Of a stretch of 64,000 bases of DNA, positions 45,055-55,526 are shown in pieces (within the stretch, counting starts at the first letter, position 1; each line of letters starts with the position of its first letter). Below the pieces are notes generated by a model. That model was not told where the DNA came from. It searched no databases and was given only the letters and a program-made list of their open reading frames with translations. Source of the stretch: a virus (taxonomy: Duplodnaviria; Caudoviricetes); IMG/VR virus record IMGVR_UViG_3300042372_000291, positions 43,732 through 107,731 of that record; one strand, 5' to 3'. Made by a program: the position numbers and the translations under genes.

Positions 45055-45269
45055 TGCATTGAAATTGGACCTTTATCTATAAGCTTGAACATATGGTCTT
45101 CAAATTCCATTTTCATCTGATAGTAAATGTCAGGGCTTACTTCCTTTAGTTTGTCTGTAACACTATAAATAGTTTCTCCAGTTTCAGTATCGAATCCCTC
45201 TATAACAACCGCATTTTGTAAAATCAAATGCTCCAGCATTGCCTGTGTTTTAATAATATTTTTATTCAT
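45036..45269 (-). CDS. Hypothetical protein, paralog of 31550..31897
   Basis: Shared motif. Confidence 0.7.
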   Translation of the reverse strand: MNKNIIKTQAMLEHLILQNAVVIEGFDTETGETIYSVTDKLKEVSPDIYYQMKMEFEDHMFKLIDKGPISMQWKMRV

Positions 45270-45846
45270 AAGAAACTGCTTTTTCCCAATTATTTATAGC
45301 CCAATGTCCAATACCGCAGGCATCTGCAACATCGTTATCTGTAATAGTTCTATCATAGTTAATATTGACAAACTTAATGGTTCTTTCTTTTCTTAAGTTT
45401 CTTTCGTATGCTTTGTACCATGAAATCGACTTACCTGGATTTTTAGATCTAATCAGAAGCTGTTCATCCTTAGATATTTTTTTATTACCAATATAGTTTT
45501 GCCATGTAATTGGAGATACCCTACCTATTATTTTTGTTCCAGACTGCCCAGCTGACCCAAGAATTGCTCCTTGTACTAAAGCTAGGTCTGCTGCAGTTTT
45601 AGGACTATTCATAAAAACGGTATGCTCAATAACAATTGCTTCAAAACCACCATATATATCAAAAAATACTTTTACTTTCTTACCAGCATCGATGACCTTC
45701 TGATAAATATCACTACCTTCAAAAGTAATTTTACCTATAGTGATTAATGTTTTTTCTTGGGTATCAAAAATAGCAAAAGCAAGGCTATTAGTGCTAGCAT
45801 CAATTGCACAAATATTTCTTGATTGATTAATCTTGTTCATAATCAA
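45262..45846 (-). CDS. RuvC-like Holliday junction resolvase
   Basis: AIDAS, IVIE, D.DVADA.GIG. Confidence 0.8.
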   Translation of the reverse strand: MIMNKINQSRNICAIDASTNSLAFAIFDTQEKTLITIGKITFEGSDIYQKVIDAGKKVKVFFDIYGGFEAIVIEHTVFMNSPKTAADLALVQGAILGSAGQSGTKIIGRVSPITWQNYIGNKKISKDEQLLIRSKNPGKSISWYKAYERNLRKERTIKFVNINYDRTITDNDVADACGIGHWAINNWEKAVSYE

Positions 45847-46117
45847 AATATCCTTTTATTTGCTTCAACATTTTATCTACTGCTTTCTTGCTAACATTAC
45901 AGTTAGCACAAAATCCATCATCATTATATATAGAAAGAGTTTGTCCGCATCCTCCAAGACACATTCTTTTCTTTCCTTTTCTTTTTTGTCTTTTTGTTAC
46001 TTGATAACGCTCTGCTATTTTGTCTTTAGTCGCTTCGGTTCTGCAATCTGCACTGCAATAAATTTGATAAGTAACTTTTGCTTTAAAGTAAGACTCACAT
46101 CTACTGCACTGTTTCAC
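45827..46117 (-). CDS. Cys-rich Zn-finger protein
   Basis: CSRC, YCSADC, CLGGC, CANC. Confidence 0.7.
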   Translation of the reverse strand: MKQCSRCESYFKAKVTYQIYCSADCRTEATKDKIAERYQVTKRQKRKGKKRMCLGGCGQTLSIYNDDGFCANCNVSKKAVDKMLKQIKGYFDYEQD

Positions 46118-46916
46118 TGAATCCCTCCAGAGATTTTATCTTTACTACCCCTGGCTCTGAAGTTGCACAAACTGCCTTTACTGGGCAATTCTTACATATT
46201 TTTGAGTTTACACGATAGTTTTTTTGCGGTAACTGCTGATCTTTCCAAGACTTGTGAACAGTACGCATCCAGTCAAATGTATTGTCAATCCATTCTTTAT
46301 ATTTTGGAGTTACTTCAATTGGAAATACCAACAGGTCGTGATTGTTTTTATTTTCATAAATTAGAACACCTTTTGATTTTTTTAAAACCTTCATATAAAT
46401 AATTAATTGTTTTACATGATACTCTGCTGGCTCATTTTTAATTTTATAATTTTCAAATGCTTCGGATTTCATTGTTTTTATTTCGCCAATAATATCTTCA
46501 TCGTTCATAGCTATCATAGCATCGCCCCAGCCAAAAATTGGTGGGTCATCATTTACCACTTTGAATTCTGTAGTTGGGTTATTATCATCATCTAGATATT
46601 CTTTTGCTACTCCAGAATCTAACATAGCCTGCTGAATTCTGTCATGTGATTTAGTTCCAGCAGTCATATTTGCTATGTCATATGGAGTATTATTACTTTC
46701 AAATATATTTCCTTCAAATGCAAGATACCAATATCTTGGACATTCTCCGTGCCCGTAGACTAGACTTGATGGAGCAAAAGTCTTTTTCTTAGTATACTTA
46801 GGCTCTTGCTTTGCTATATACCCATTATTAATTTTTTGTATAAGGGCAGCAGAATCAAGTATGTGAGATGTATCCTCAGCTTTTTTCATCATTTGCTTTA
46901 TCAAATTTTTAGTCAT
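46101..46916 (-). CDS. Cas4-like PD-(D/E)XK exonuclease
   Basis: CPR, GT..H, G.GD...EIKT, Q..IY, C..CP....C. Confidence 0.82.
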   Translation of the reverse strand: MTKNLIKQMMKKAEDTSHILDSAALIQKINNGYIAKQEPKYTKKKTFAPSSLVYGHGECPRYWYLAFEGNIFESNNTPYDIANMTAGTKSHDRIQQAMLDSGVAKEYLDDDNNPTTEFKVVNDDPPIFGWGDAMIAMNDEDIIGEIKTMKSEAFENYKIKNEPAEYHVKQLIIYMKVLKKSKGVLIYENKNNHDLLVFPIEVTPKYKEWIDNTFDWMRTVHKSWKDQQLPQKNYRVNSKICKNCPVKAVCATSEPGVVKIKSLEGFSETVQ

Positions 46917-46944
46917 CGTAATCCTTTTTTATCTATTATATCAG

Positions 46945-47268
46945 TTATCGGATTATGTATTTAAGAGCAGATACAAGATCGTTTATGGCTTCCGCTGCCG
47001 TATAGTATATATTTTTTTTGCTTCTGTCTGACTTATCCACATTAGTCATCCACGTTGCTTTAAATGCCATCTTAGCTGCTATAGCCTGAAGTCTAACTAT
47101 TTCCAAAGTTGCAACATTAAGCGGTATATCTGGCTTAATAATAATTTTAGCAATAAATGTTAGTGCAGCAGTCAGTTCTTCATCCTGCATATAATCTGCT
47201 ATTTCGGATAAGCCATTAACCATCTCTATAGTTGTTTTATTTTGTTCTTTCTGTTCCATGTTCACCAC
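46945..47268 (-). CDS. Hypothetical protein
   Basis: Operon ORF. Confidence 0.7.
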   Translation of the reverse strand: MVNMEQKEQNKTTIEMVNGLSEIADYMQDEELTAALTFIAKIIIKPDIPLNVATLEIVRLQAIAAKMAFKATWMTNVDKSDRSKKNIYYTAAEAINDLVSALKYIIR

Positions 47269-47551
47269 CCAATGTTAGTTGATCTAATAAATCAAACTCT
47301 ATTATAGCAAGACGAGTTTTTTTGTTTCCTTCCCCAAGTATTACAACTATGGCTGGAGATTTATCTGTACCAGCTTTTATGGAGTCAGTAACAGCCTTTG
47401 CCCAAACATCTTGATTTATAGTAAAAGATTTTGATGTTTCTTTAAAGTCAACAATAAAATTTCTCCAAGTAGCATCACCCTTTTTATTATTACGTCCAGA
47501 GTTTTTATGTTGTTGAGCATTGATTCTTTTGGATTCATTTTTTTCAGACAT
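47237..47551 (-). CDS. Small PD-(D/E)XK nuclease / resolvase-like protein
   Basis: SE..E...NSG...KGD....F..D.K. Confidence 0.6.
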   Translation of the reverse strand: MSEKNESKRINAQQHKNSGRNNKKGDATWRNFIVDFKETSKSFTINQDVWAKAVTDSIKAGTDKSPAIVVILGEGNKKTRLAIIEFDLLDQLTLGGEHGTERTK

Positions 47552-48114
47552 TATTTTATCCAAGCCCATACTTGATCATGAACTGTTATCTTAGAATTAT
47601 CATTTATATCTTGTTTAAAGAATAAAATAATATCTTTAATCATATCCCAGTCATGTCCACACATAATTCCACCAGTTTTTAGTTTTCTATACCATGCTGC
47701 CATATCTTGTAAAACTGCACTGTATGTAGTTGGGCAGTCCCAAAAAATAAAGTTTAAAGAATTATCTTCAAATTTATGTGATGCATTAATACTTGTATCC
47801 TCTATAATTTCTATTTTATCTGATACCCCTGAAAATTTTATATTATGCATAGCAAGATTTCTTGCATAGTCAGACTCTTTTTCTCCATATGAAATATTTT
47901 CTATTTCATTTACGCCAGGTGTGTACGGATCTATTCCGTAAATCTTAGACACATTGTCACATTTTTGAGCTATCATACAAGATGTTTGTGCATAAAAAAG
48001 TCCTAACTCAACACCAACAGAATTCTCTGGCAAATAGAGTCCAAAAAGATGTATTAGGCTTTGACCATTAATATCTTTACTATTAAAATTATATATACTA
48101 TCTAATTTGTTCAT
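47551..48114 (-). CDS. Class I SAM methyltransferase (Methyltransf_24-like)
   Basis: GVELG, GIDPY, LKTGG..CGHDW. Confidence 0.8.
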   Translation of the reverse strand: MNKLDSIYNFNSKDINGQSLIHLFGLYLPENSVGVELGLFYAQTSCMIAQKCDNVSKIYGIDPYTPGVNEIENISYGEKESDYARNLAMHNIKFSGVSDKIEIIEDTSINASHKFEDNSLNFIFWDCPTTYSAVLQDMAAWYRKLKTGGIMCGHDWDMIKDIILFFKQDINDNSKITVHDQVWAWIK

Positions 48115-48283
48115 TTATAAAATCCTTTTTTCTTTTTATTATTAGAGCCTTTGATAAATGTTTTTTACTACACATCCATGTAAGCTCAAAACTTTCTTTC
48201 CATAATCTTAAAGATGACACCTCTTCTTTACACGTATGGCAAATAAATTTACCTGAGTATATAGAAAATCTTGAATCAGCCAT
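48098..48283 (-). CDS. Small Zn-binding protein
   Basis: CHTC...CSKKH. Confidence 0.6.
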   Translation of the reverse strand: MADSRFSIYSGKFICHTCKEEVSSLRLWKESFELTWMCSKKHLSKALIIKRKKDFINEQIR

Positions 48284-49292
48284 TTGCAAGTTTGGTCTTT
48301 AACATGTCCTGTAAATCCAAATCCTCTCGCACTCTATTAATAAGACCTTCACGGCCTTGTACTTTTGTACCATCTTCTAGTTGATACCAAGCTCCAGTTC
48401 TACTTATATACCCAGCTAATTCTGCTGTATCAACAAGATCGCCAACAGTGTCAATCCCAAGATTGTCCCCTCTAAAATAAAAATCATATTCGCCATTTTG
48501 AAAAGCAGGCGATGTTTTAGAAAATTGCAACTCCCAACGAACCTTTCTACCAATCTTTTCTTCAATAAGTTTGTCTCCAACATGTATTTTTCCTTTAATT
48601 GCTTGATTATCTGATTCTGAAGAAAACAACTTAATAACGGTTGAAGAATAAAATTTAGTAGCTTGTCCACCTGTTGGTTGTTGACTTGTATACATTGCAC
48701 TAATATTATTACGAGATTGACTAATCAATACAAATAATGTTGGCTTTACCTTATTGTTTGCATAATTAATCATCTTCCATGCATTGCTAAAGTCACGTGA
48801 CTCTGCACCAATTTGCTTAGTATTCTCCAATTGCTTTAATTCTTCAGAATCTTTTTCAAAATAAATAGCGGGCAATAATGAAGTAATTGAATCAACTACA
48901 ATTAAATCTACACCAGCCTCCATTAAATTAATTCCTACATCAACCATCTCATTAATAGTTCTTGCTTGAGAAACAATCAACTTTGATGTATCTACTCCAA
49001 GTTTTTCTGCCCAATTTTTGTCATATGACATTTCTGCATCAATCCATGCACATACCTTTCCCTCTTTTTGTGCAAGACCAATCATTTGTAAACATAAAGA
49101 TGATTTAGCGCTTGACTTACTTCCCCAAATAAGGACCTGTCTGCCATATGGAAGACCACCGTTTAAAGCACGATTAAGTCCAAAACTAGGGGTTGCTGCA
49201 TACTCAGTCTTGGGAACTGAATCTCCTACTAAAATACTTTTTCGTAACTTTGGATTTAACTGAGCTAATACTTGTTCAACAGTAACTGTCAT
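48276..49292 (-). CDS. recA: RecA-family recombinase
   Basis: GGLPYGR, WIDAE, IVVDSI, TGG.A.KFYSS. Confidence 0.92.
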   Translation of the reverse strand: MTVTVEQVLAQLNPKLRKSILVGDSVPKTEYAATPSFGLNRALNGGLPYGRQVLIWGSKSSAKSSLCLQMIGLAQKEGKVCAWIDAEMSYDKNWAEKLGVDTSKLIVSQARTINEMVDVGINLMEAGVDLIVVDSITSLLPAIYFEKDSEELKQLENTKQIGAESRDFSNAWKMINYANNKVKPTLFVLISQSRNNISAMYTSQQPTGGQATKFYSSTVIKLFSSESDNQAIKGKIHVGDKLIEEKIGRKVRWELQFSKTSPAFQNGEYDFYFRGDNLGIDTVGDLVDTAELAGYISRTGAWYQLEDGTKVQGREGLINRVREDLDLQDMLKTKLANG

Positions 49293-49609
49293 TAAAATCT
49301 TACCCCATGCTTTTCTGGTCTAGTTAAATTAAACTTTGTTTTTTCCTCAAATGCATGGTCTAAAGAAATCTTGGTATATCCTGCTTCAACCATTCCTGCA
49401 TAAAGATCAAGTGTACGAATCATAATGTCTGCAAACTCTTTTGCAATTTCTTCTTCGCCTTTATCTTTACGAACTGCTTCAAGAACCTCAACAACTTCTG
49501 AAACAATCATCATTAGTTGCTTTGATACAAAAATATCATCAACATCTTGATCCCAAAATCCTTTTTCAACTGCAACCTTATGTAGTTCTTCTGCTAATTC
49601 ATCAAACAT
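49292..49609 (-). CDS. MazG-like NTP pyrophosphohydrolase
   Basis: SEV.E..EA.RK...EFAD..IR.LD. Confidence 0.8.
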   Translation of the reverse strand: MFDELAEELHKVAVEKGFWDQDVDDIFVSKQLMMIVSEVVEVLEAVRKDKGEEEIAKEFADIMIRTLDLYAGMVEAGYTKISLDHAFEEKTKFNLTRPEKHGVRF

Positions 49610-52600
49610 TTATTACATCCTCCATTATTACTGTGCCATCTTTTGTTTTGCCAAACTCAAATTTATAAATATTGCCAGCCTCTACACTCATGTATGCTTT
49701 GGGGAAAGCAGTTGGAAATACTGTTACTGCATGTAACTCTCTTCCAGCATCTGCTAAAGTTAAAGAGGCCATCTTTTTGCCAGCCTTTGTTATTCTTGGC
49801 TTAAATGAAACTACAAACATTTCATCATCTTTATATGGAAGCATCTTATAGTTTAAGAACTTAATAAGTGGATCCTTAGATTCTTTTATTTCATCTACAG
49901 GTATTGAACTAACAACACGATTATCATTAGCCAAAATGATATACGTGCGACCAGCCTCGATAACGGTATTCTCTTCATCAAATATGCCCACACTTCCAGT
50001 TTTATCTAACAACTCTACCCTTGACCATCCTTTAGACCTTTTAATTGATTTTACCATACCCATTAAAATGAATGCACCTTTTTCTTCATACTCTTCAATA
50101 TCATTAATATATGCATGATAATGTTGTGGCACAGATATATTAAATTCAGGTAGGTTCAGGTACTCATAAAGATTTTCTTTTACCTTTTCTGAATCTGCTG
50201 TATTGTCTTGAAACGTTAAAGCTCCAATTGCATTCATTGCCTGTAATGCACGAGAGTTTACTCCATTTCCTTTTGTAAATGTAAACTCTTCAACTTCTGC
50301 AAAAGACTTAAAAGGTCTTGCCGATATATATCGTTCTGCAATTTTATCAGAGATAAACTTAATTGCGGAGAGTCCAAATCTGATACCTTTGCCCTCAATT
50401 TTAAAATCAATATCCGAATCATTAATGTGAGGTAGCTTAATGCTAATCCCCATTCTTTTCGCTTCAATAAGATATTCAGTTCGTGCATCTTTATCCTTTT
50501 CATTTTTTAAAAGCGCAAACATAAACTCAATTGGATAGTGGTATTTTAGCCATGCCGTCCAATACGAGAGCGTAGAATAAGCAACCGCATGAGACTTGTT
50601 GAACGAATATCCCGCATGTGCTTCAAAGTCATGCCATAAATCCAAAGCATCGTTAGGAGCAATATACTTAGAAGCACCCTTAATAAACTTGTCTTTAAAC
50701 TGATCAAATTCTTTTGCATCTTTCTTCTTTCCAATAATCTTGCGAACCTTATCAGCTTCGGCCATGGTCATTCCACCAAGCTCAACGCAAGCCTGCATAA
50801 CCTGCTCCTGATAAAGAATACATCCATAAGTTTCTTGTGTAAACGGCTTAATAACCTGATGCGTATAAGAAATATTTTGACGACCATGCTTACGAGCAAT
50901 ATAGTCTTTTCCAATAGTATTCATAGCACCTGGTCGAACAAGAGCATTTGATGCAGCAAGCTCTGATAAATTTTTAACACCCATCTTAATTAATAGATTT
51001 GTATATGGGGTTGCTTCACATTGGAATACACCTTTTGTATACCCATCAGAAAGCATTTGATAAACATTCTTATCTTCCATATCGATTTTAAGCAAGTCTA
51101 TTTTCTTGCCGTGCCTATTTTCAATAATATCAATAGTATCTTTAAGAACACTTAAAGTTTTTAAACCAAGTGCATCTATCTTGATTAATCCAATTCTTTC
51201 AGCTTCTTCCATATCTACGGCTACAACTGGAATACGTTCATCAGCTCCAGTTACATTTCTAGTTTCTAGTGGAGCATACTTAAATATTGGTTCTTTACTT
51301 GTTACAACACCCGCTGCGTGAATTCCTGTTCCACGAATACGACCACGTAGTTGGTCTCCAAGTGCAACAACTTCTGGATATTTTTCACGAAACCAGTCTG
51401 CATTCTTTGATGTACAAAAATCATCCCAAGTATCTACAGTTTTTAATACTTTGTTTACATCTGACAAAGGAATATTAAGTGAGCGAGCAACATCTCGTAC
51501 AACACCTTTATCTTTAAATTGTAAAAAAGTAGCAATAGATGCAACATGACGATATTGCTTAACTAAATAATCTTTTACTTCATCACGACGTGAATCCTGA
51601 ATATCTGAATCAATATCTGGAAAATCATTACGCTCAGGGTTAATAAAACGGAAAAACAATAATCCGTGCTTGATTGGATCAATGTCTGTAATGCCAATTG
51701 CATAACATAATAAAGAGCCAGCCGAGGATCCACGGCCTGGACCGACCATAATTCCTTCTTTTTTTGCCCAATTCAACATGTTACGAACAACCAAGAAGTA
51801 AGGTTCAAAATTCTTTTCTGAAATAATTTTTAATTCTTCGTCAAGTCGATTTAGATATTCTTCATTTGTATCTAGTCCACGCTCTTTTAATCCATCTAGA
51901 GCAAGCTTCTTTAGCTCATTACCTGGATTTCTATATTGAACTGGTAGTAGATTTAGACCAGACTTAATGTCATAATCTTCTATTTTGTTATATATATCCA
52001 TAGTACTTTCAAACATTTCTTCATTATCTATACCCTGCTTTGCCATGGCAGCCTTCATCTCTTCATATGAAAGAAGATGAATATCAAATGAACGGAAAGA
52101 CATTTGACGATCTGACCCATACAAATAATCTAGACGATCCATCATATCTTTGTACTTTTTTGATTTATCATACGTAACATCTTTTTGCAATTTTGCATGG
52201 GTATTTAGAATAAGCATTAGTTCTTGTATTTCTTTTTGACTTGTATCAGAATGATGGCAGTCTGGAGTAACTACAATTTTTACACCCATAGACTTAGCCA
52301 AATCAATTAACCCTTTATTAACTTTCTCAGGGTTATGTGGCATTACTTCAATATAATAATCATCTTTAAAAGTGTCTTTAAACCATTGAATATGTTTCTT
52401 GGCAGTAGCAAGTTCATCTAGCTCTACCGCCTTCGCAATCCAGCCACTGAGGCAGGCAGAAGTTACAATAAGTCCTTCTTTGTATTTTTCTAATGTTGAA
52501 AAATCAAACCTTGGCTTACTAAAAAATCCATCTGTCCAAGCAATTTCATTAATTTTATTAAGATTTTCTAGACCTTGTTGGCTCTTAGCAAGAAGAACTA

Positions 52601-52877
52601 TATGATGATAATTTTGATCAAGAGGATCAGTGCGATCTGCCTTTGCTCTCTTATCAGCCATATCTGTTGTCATATATCCTTCTATGCCAAGGATAGGCTT
52701 AATGCCAGCATCCTTAGCAGCACGATACATTTCACGATGCCCAGACAAGGTTCCGTGATCTGTTATAGCAATTCCTGGCATACCAAGCTCAACTGCCCTA
52801 CTTACATATTCTTGTGGGGTAGCTACGCCATCCATCAAAGAATAATGTGTGTGAACATGCAATCCAATATAGTTCAT
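49602..52877 (-). CDS. dnaE: DNA polymerase III alpha subunit
   Basis: PHP H.HT.YS..DG, GPGRGSSAGS, PDIDSD, YSFNKSH. Confidence 0.95.
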   Translation of the reverse strand: MNYIGLHVHTHYSLMDGVATPQEYVSRAVELGMPGIAITDHGTLSGHREMYRAAKDAGIKPILGIEGYMTTDMADKRAKADRTDPLDQNYHHIVLLAKSQQGLENLNKINEIAWTDGFFSKPRFDFSTLEKYKEGLIVTSACLSGWIAKAVELDELATAKKHIQWFKDTFKDDYYIEVMPHNPEKVNKGLIDLAKSMGVKIVVTPDCHHSDTSQKEIQELMLILNTHAKLQKDVTYDKSKKYKDMMDRLDYLYGSDRQMSFRSFDIHLLSYEEMKAAMAKQGIDNEEMFESTMDIYNKIEDYDIKSGLNLLPVQYRNPGNELKKLALDGLKERGLDTNEEYLNRLDEELKIISEKNFEPYFLVVRNMLNWAKKEGIMVGPGRGSSAGSLLCYAIGITDIDPIKHGLLFFRFINPERNDFPDIDSDIQDSRRDEVKDYLVKQYRHVASIATFLQFKDKGVVRDVARSLNIPLSDVNKVLKTVDTWDDFCTSKNADWFREKYPEVVALGDQLRGRIRGTGIHAAGVVTSKEPIFKYAPLETRNVTGADERIPVVAVDMEEAERIGLIKIDALGLKTLSVLKDTIDIIENRHGKKIDLLKIDMEDKNVYQMLSDGYTKGVFQCEATPYTNLLIKMGVKNLSELAASNALVRPGAMNTIGKDYIARKHGRQNISYTHQVIKPFTQETYGCILYQEQVMQACVELGGMTMAEADKVRKIIGKKKDAKEFDQFKDKFIKGASKYIAPNDALDLWHDFEAHAGYSFNKSHAVAYSTLSYWTAWLKYHYPIEFMFALLKNEKDKDARTEYLIEAKRMGISIKLPHINDSDIDFKIEGKGIRFGLSAIKFISDKIAERYISARPFKSFAEVEEFTFTKGNGVNSRALQAMNAIGALTFQDNTADSEKVKENLYEYLNLPEFNISVPQHYHAYINDIEEYEEKGAFILMGMVKSIKRSKGWSRVELLDKTGSVGIFDEENTVIEAGRTYIILANDNRVVSSIPVDEIKESKDPLIKFLNYKMLPYKDDEMFVVSFKPRITKAGKKMASLTLADAGRELHAVTVFPTAFPKAYMSVEAGNIYKFEFGKTKDGTVIMEDVINV

Positions 52878-53611
52878 TAATCAAACTTCTTTCTATGCCA
52901 AAAAAATTTTTTATATCCATTTGTAAAAGCAGACGTTAACTTATTAATAATTTTTACATATGCATAATGGTCATTTTCAATAATGTGAGAAGAAAAATCC
53001 TCTCTCTTAAATGGAATAATCTGAACTAATGGGGTTCCAGCTTTTATTGTTCCAGTAAATCCATCTTTCACCCAAAAATTATATGCCTCTCTTGCTGGGA
53101 ATGTATCTGTATCAATAACTCCAGAAATTGCTAGTAGTGGTAAATCGTATCTATGAGATGGCTGAGTTACAAAAATACTATAGTCTGGATCTGTTTTTAT
53201 TCCCCAAAGAAGATTAATTCTAATAACTGTTTTACAGTATCCTTCTGGAACATAAAAATTAGAAATAGCATTATTATTTGTTAAACCAACATACTCAGTG
53301 GCATTATTGTTGGTATCGTTATACATTGCAGTTTTATGATAAAACTTAACAATGTCTTTGCTTGATGTATCTATATGTATGTCATATGGCAAATATAATG
53401 TATAACCAAAATTCATACTGTCACTAATCGCTGGACAGTTTCTAACAGTAGAAAAATCTCTTAAATTTTGATTAGATAATTCTTCTGCTATTGTATGATA
53501 TCTTGGCATATCTTTCCACCACGAAGGTTTTGGAACTTGATGAGAGGCTGTGGGCTGTGTATCGGAAGTACACAAGCTATCCTCTAGCCTTTCAAAATAT
53601 ATATTTGCCAT
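52877..53611 (-). CDS. dUTPase-like fold paralog 5 (DUF6065-like)
   Basis: PSWWK, TVRNCP, GVIDTD, KAGTPLVQIIPFKR. Confidence 0.7.
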   Translation of the reverse strand: MANIYFERLEDSLCTSDTQPTASHQVPKPSWWKDMPRYHTIAEELSNQNLRDFSTVRNCPAISDSMNFGYTLYLPYDIHIDTSSKDIVKFYHKTAMYNDTNNNATEYVGLTNNNAISNFYVPEGYCKTVIRINLLWGIKTDPDYSIFVTQPSHRYDLPLLAISGVIDTDTFPAREAYNFWVKDGFTGTIKAGTPLVQIIPFKREDFSSHIIENDHYAYVKIINKLTSAFTNGYKKFFWHRKKFD

Positions 53612-53622
53612 ATGACTACTTA

Positions 53623-54276
53623 TTACCAGTCTATGTTTGTTGCTGTTGTAGATGGAGTATCAAATCCAAAATAAAATGCTTCTTGTTCTGGATATGGAAC
53701 TTCACGAACTACCTTTTCTAAGTTAAAGAATTCTTCATTCTGCCACTTAAATGGTTCTGAATCTGGACTAGATGGAATCAATGTATAGTTTGTTTCAGTT
53801 CCCTGTCCATTTCTTTTTAGCTTCCAAACTAAATTAGATATGCTTCCTGTTTCAAGGGCATATTCACGAATTGTATTAAATGCTGATTGCTTACTGATAC
53901 CCTGTGACCATACTGCAACATATGGATCTTCTGTACCATCGTCAACAAGTACATTTGTATAAAAACGAAGACGTGCTCTCCAGCCACTCTTTGGTTCTTT
54001 ACGAGCCATCTCGCAACCAAAGCAACGACCTTCGGATTCTTGAGTACATGCTGCTTTGCGCTTATAATCTTTTGGATTTGTATGTTCTGAAACCACAACT
54101 GCTAGACCACGATCTTCGTTATAATTAGCAGAATCAGAGTCCAGTTCATTAACAAAACGAATCTTTGCTGCTTGTCCGTCAGCTAGTTTTACCCAACGAA
54201 CCTTTGTTCCTGTGCTTTCGTATTTTGGTTTTTCGACTAGGGCGTTAATATTTTTTAGTCCCTTTACAATAGTCAT
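53623..54276 (-). CDS. Phage (gp32-like) ssDNA-binding protein
   Basis: KL.DG....IRF, Zn Cys/His, R.G.G..T.Y, acidic-aromatic tail. Confidence 0.7.
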   Translation of the reverse strand: MTIVKGLKNINALVEKPKYESTGTKVRWVKLADGQAAKIRFVNELDSDSANYNEDRGLAVVVSEHTNPKDYKRKAACTQESEGRCFGCEMARKEPKSGWRARLRFYTNVLVDDGTEDPYVAVWSQGISKQSAFNTIREYALETGSISNLVWKLKRNGQGTETNYTLIPSSPDSEPFKWQNEEFFNLEKVVREVPYPEQEAFYFGFDTPSTTATNIDW

Positions 54277-54297
54277 TTTTTCTCCTTATTTTTTATA

Positions 54298-54600
54298 CTA
54301 TAGTATTATATTAAAGTGCTTTAGTATTGTTAGTGATGCAAGAATTGTCCATAAGATATTAAACCAAATAATGGTTGGCAAAGTTTTTACTGTTGATGAC
54401 CAAATTAGCGCTAAGCTTGATATCAAAGCAAATATAAATAACCACCACCATTGCTTATTAAATAATAAGCCTGGAAAAATAATAGAAATCTTTGTCATAA
54501 ATGCAAAAAACTCAACTGTGTTAGCCTTATTCCAATATTCCCTATGAAACATTGTCTTTAAGGCCTGTATCCATTGTGTTTGAAACTTCATCTTTATCAC
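54298..54600 (-). CDS. Small membrane protein
   Basis: Three hydrophobic segments. Confidence 0.6.
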   Translation of the reverse strand: MIKMKFQTQWIQALKTMFHREYWNKANTVEFFAFMTKISIIFPGLLFNKQWWWLFIFALISSLALIWSSTVKTLPTIIWFNILWTILASLTILKHFNIIL

Positions 54601-54605
54601 CTTTT

Positions 54606-55526
54606 CTATTCTAGCATAGCAATGATGGAGTTGTCAAACTGATATTCCAAGTTTTTAATCGCATCATTATCCATGTCTCCTATATCTTTATATTGTTTAT
54701 CTAATTTCATTATTGTTATTAATGAGCCTAATTTTTCAGTTAGGCGGTCTGCCATGATTGAACCAGCCCCATCATTATCTGCTACAAGCACAACATTATT
54801 GAAGTACTTTTCTAATAGCTTCATCTGGCTTGATGAAACATTAGCCCCCAGTGTAGCAACTGCAGGGAAGCCTACTTGGTCCAATCTGATAGCATCGAAA
54901 GATGACTCAACAACATATACAAATTTTGATGTTTTAACTCTATGAAGATTAAATAGTATTTTGCTTTTTGGCAAACCTGGTGTATTTTTAAATTCTTTAC
55001 CCTCTATTGTTCTTGCAACAAATCCAATACACATACCCTCTGGAGAATGCATAGGAACAATAACTGAGTCTTGTTTTTCAGAATATCCTAGATCAAATTT
55101 TGCCATAGAATCTTTTGTTATTTTACGACCTTCAAAATAAGAAATAGGTCTTGGGCTTTCTAATGCTTGCTTATTTAGTCTTCTGATTAGCAGTTCATCA
55201 TACTGAACAAAATCGGGTGCAGCATATAAAGCCTTATTTACTACATCCTCTAAATCAACATTAGTTTCTTTACTTTTTATATATCTAACAGATTCAAAAT
55301 ATGATCTGCCAGTCATATGCATAATTAGCTCTGTTAAATTTTTAGTAGTTTGACATCCAAAACAGAAGAATAGACCAGACTCTTTTGATACTTCTCCAGC
55401 AGGGGTTCTGTTGTTATTATGATATGGGCAGAAGATAATATAATCAGTTCCGTACTCAGCTTCTATGTCTATGCCAGCACCAGTCAGAACTCTGTGTATC
55501 TGCTGTGAAGTATATATATTTTTCAT
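54606..55526 (-). CDS. DNA primase (CHC2 Zn finger plus TOPRIM)
   Basis: CPYH...CFGC; VVES.FD; ADND.AG; KD..D. Confidence 0.88.
   Translation of the reverse strand: MKNIYTSQQIHRVLTGAGIDIEAEYGTDYIIFCPYHNNNRTPAGEVSKESGLFFCFGCQTTKNLTELIMHMTGRSYFESVRYIKSKETNVDLEDVVNKALYAAPDFVQYDELLIRRLNKQALESPRPISYFEGRKITKDSMAKFDLGYSEKQDSVIVPMHSPEGMCIGFVARTIEGKEFKNTPGLPKSKILFNLHRVKTSKFVYVVESSFDAIRLDQVGFPAVATLGANVSSSQMKLLEKYFNNVVLVADNDGAGSIMADRLTEKLGSLITIMKLDKQYKDIGDMDNDAIKNLEYQFDNSIIAMLE

Noticed and set aside
46101-46916. Cas4-like gene as evidence of a CRISPR system
   Set aside because: No array or other cas genes; solo Cas4-like nucleases are common in phage recombination modules
49602-52877. Intein or intron in dnaE, terminase, recA or dnaB
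   Set aside because: Lengths are normal, frames are uninterrupted, and no intein terminal motifs were seen
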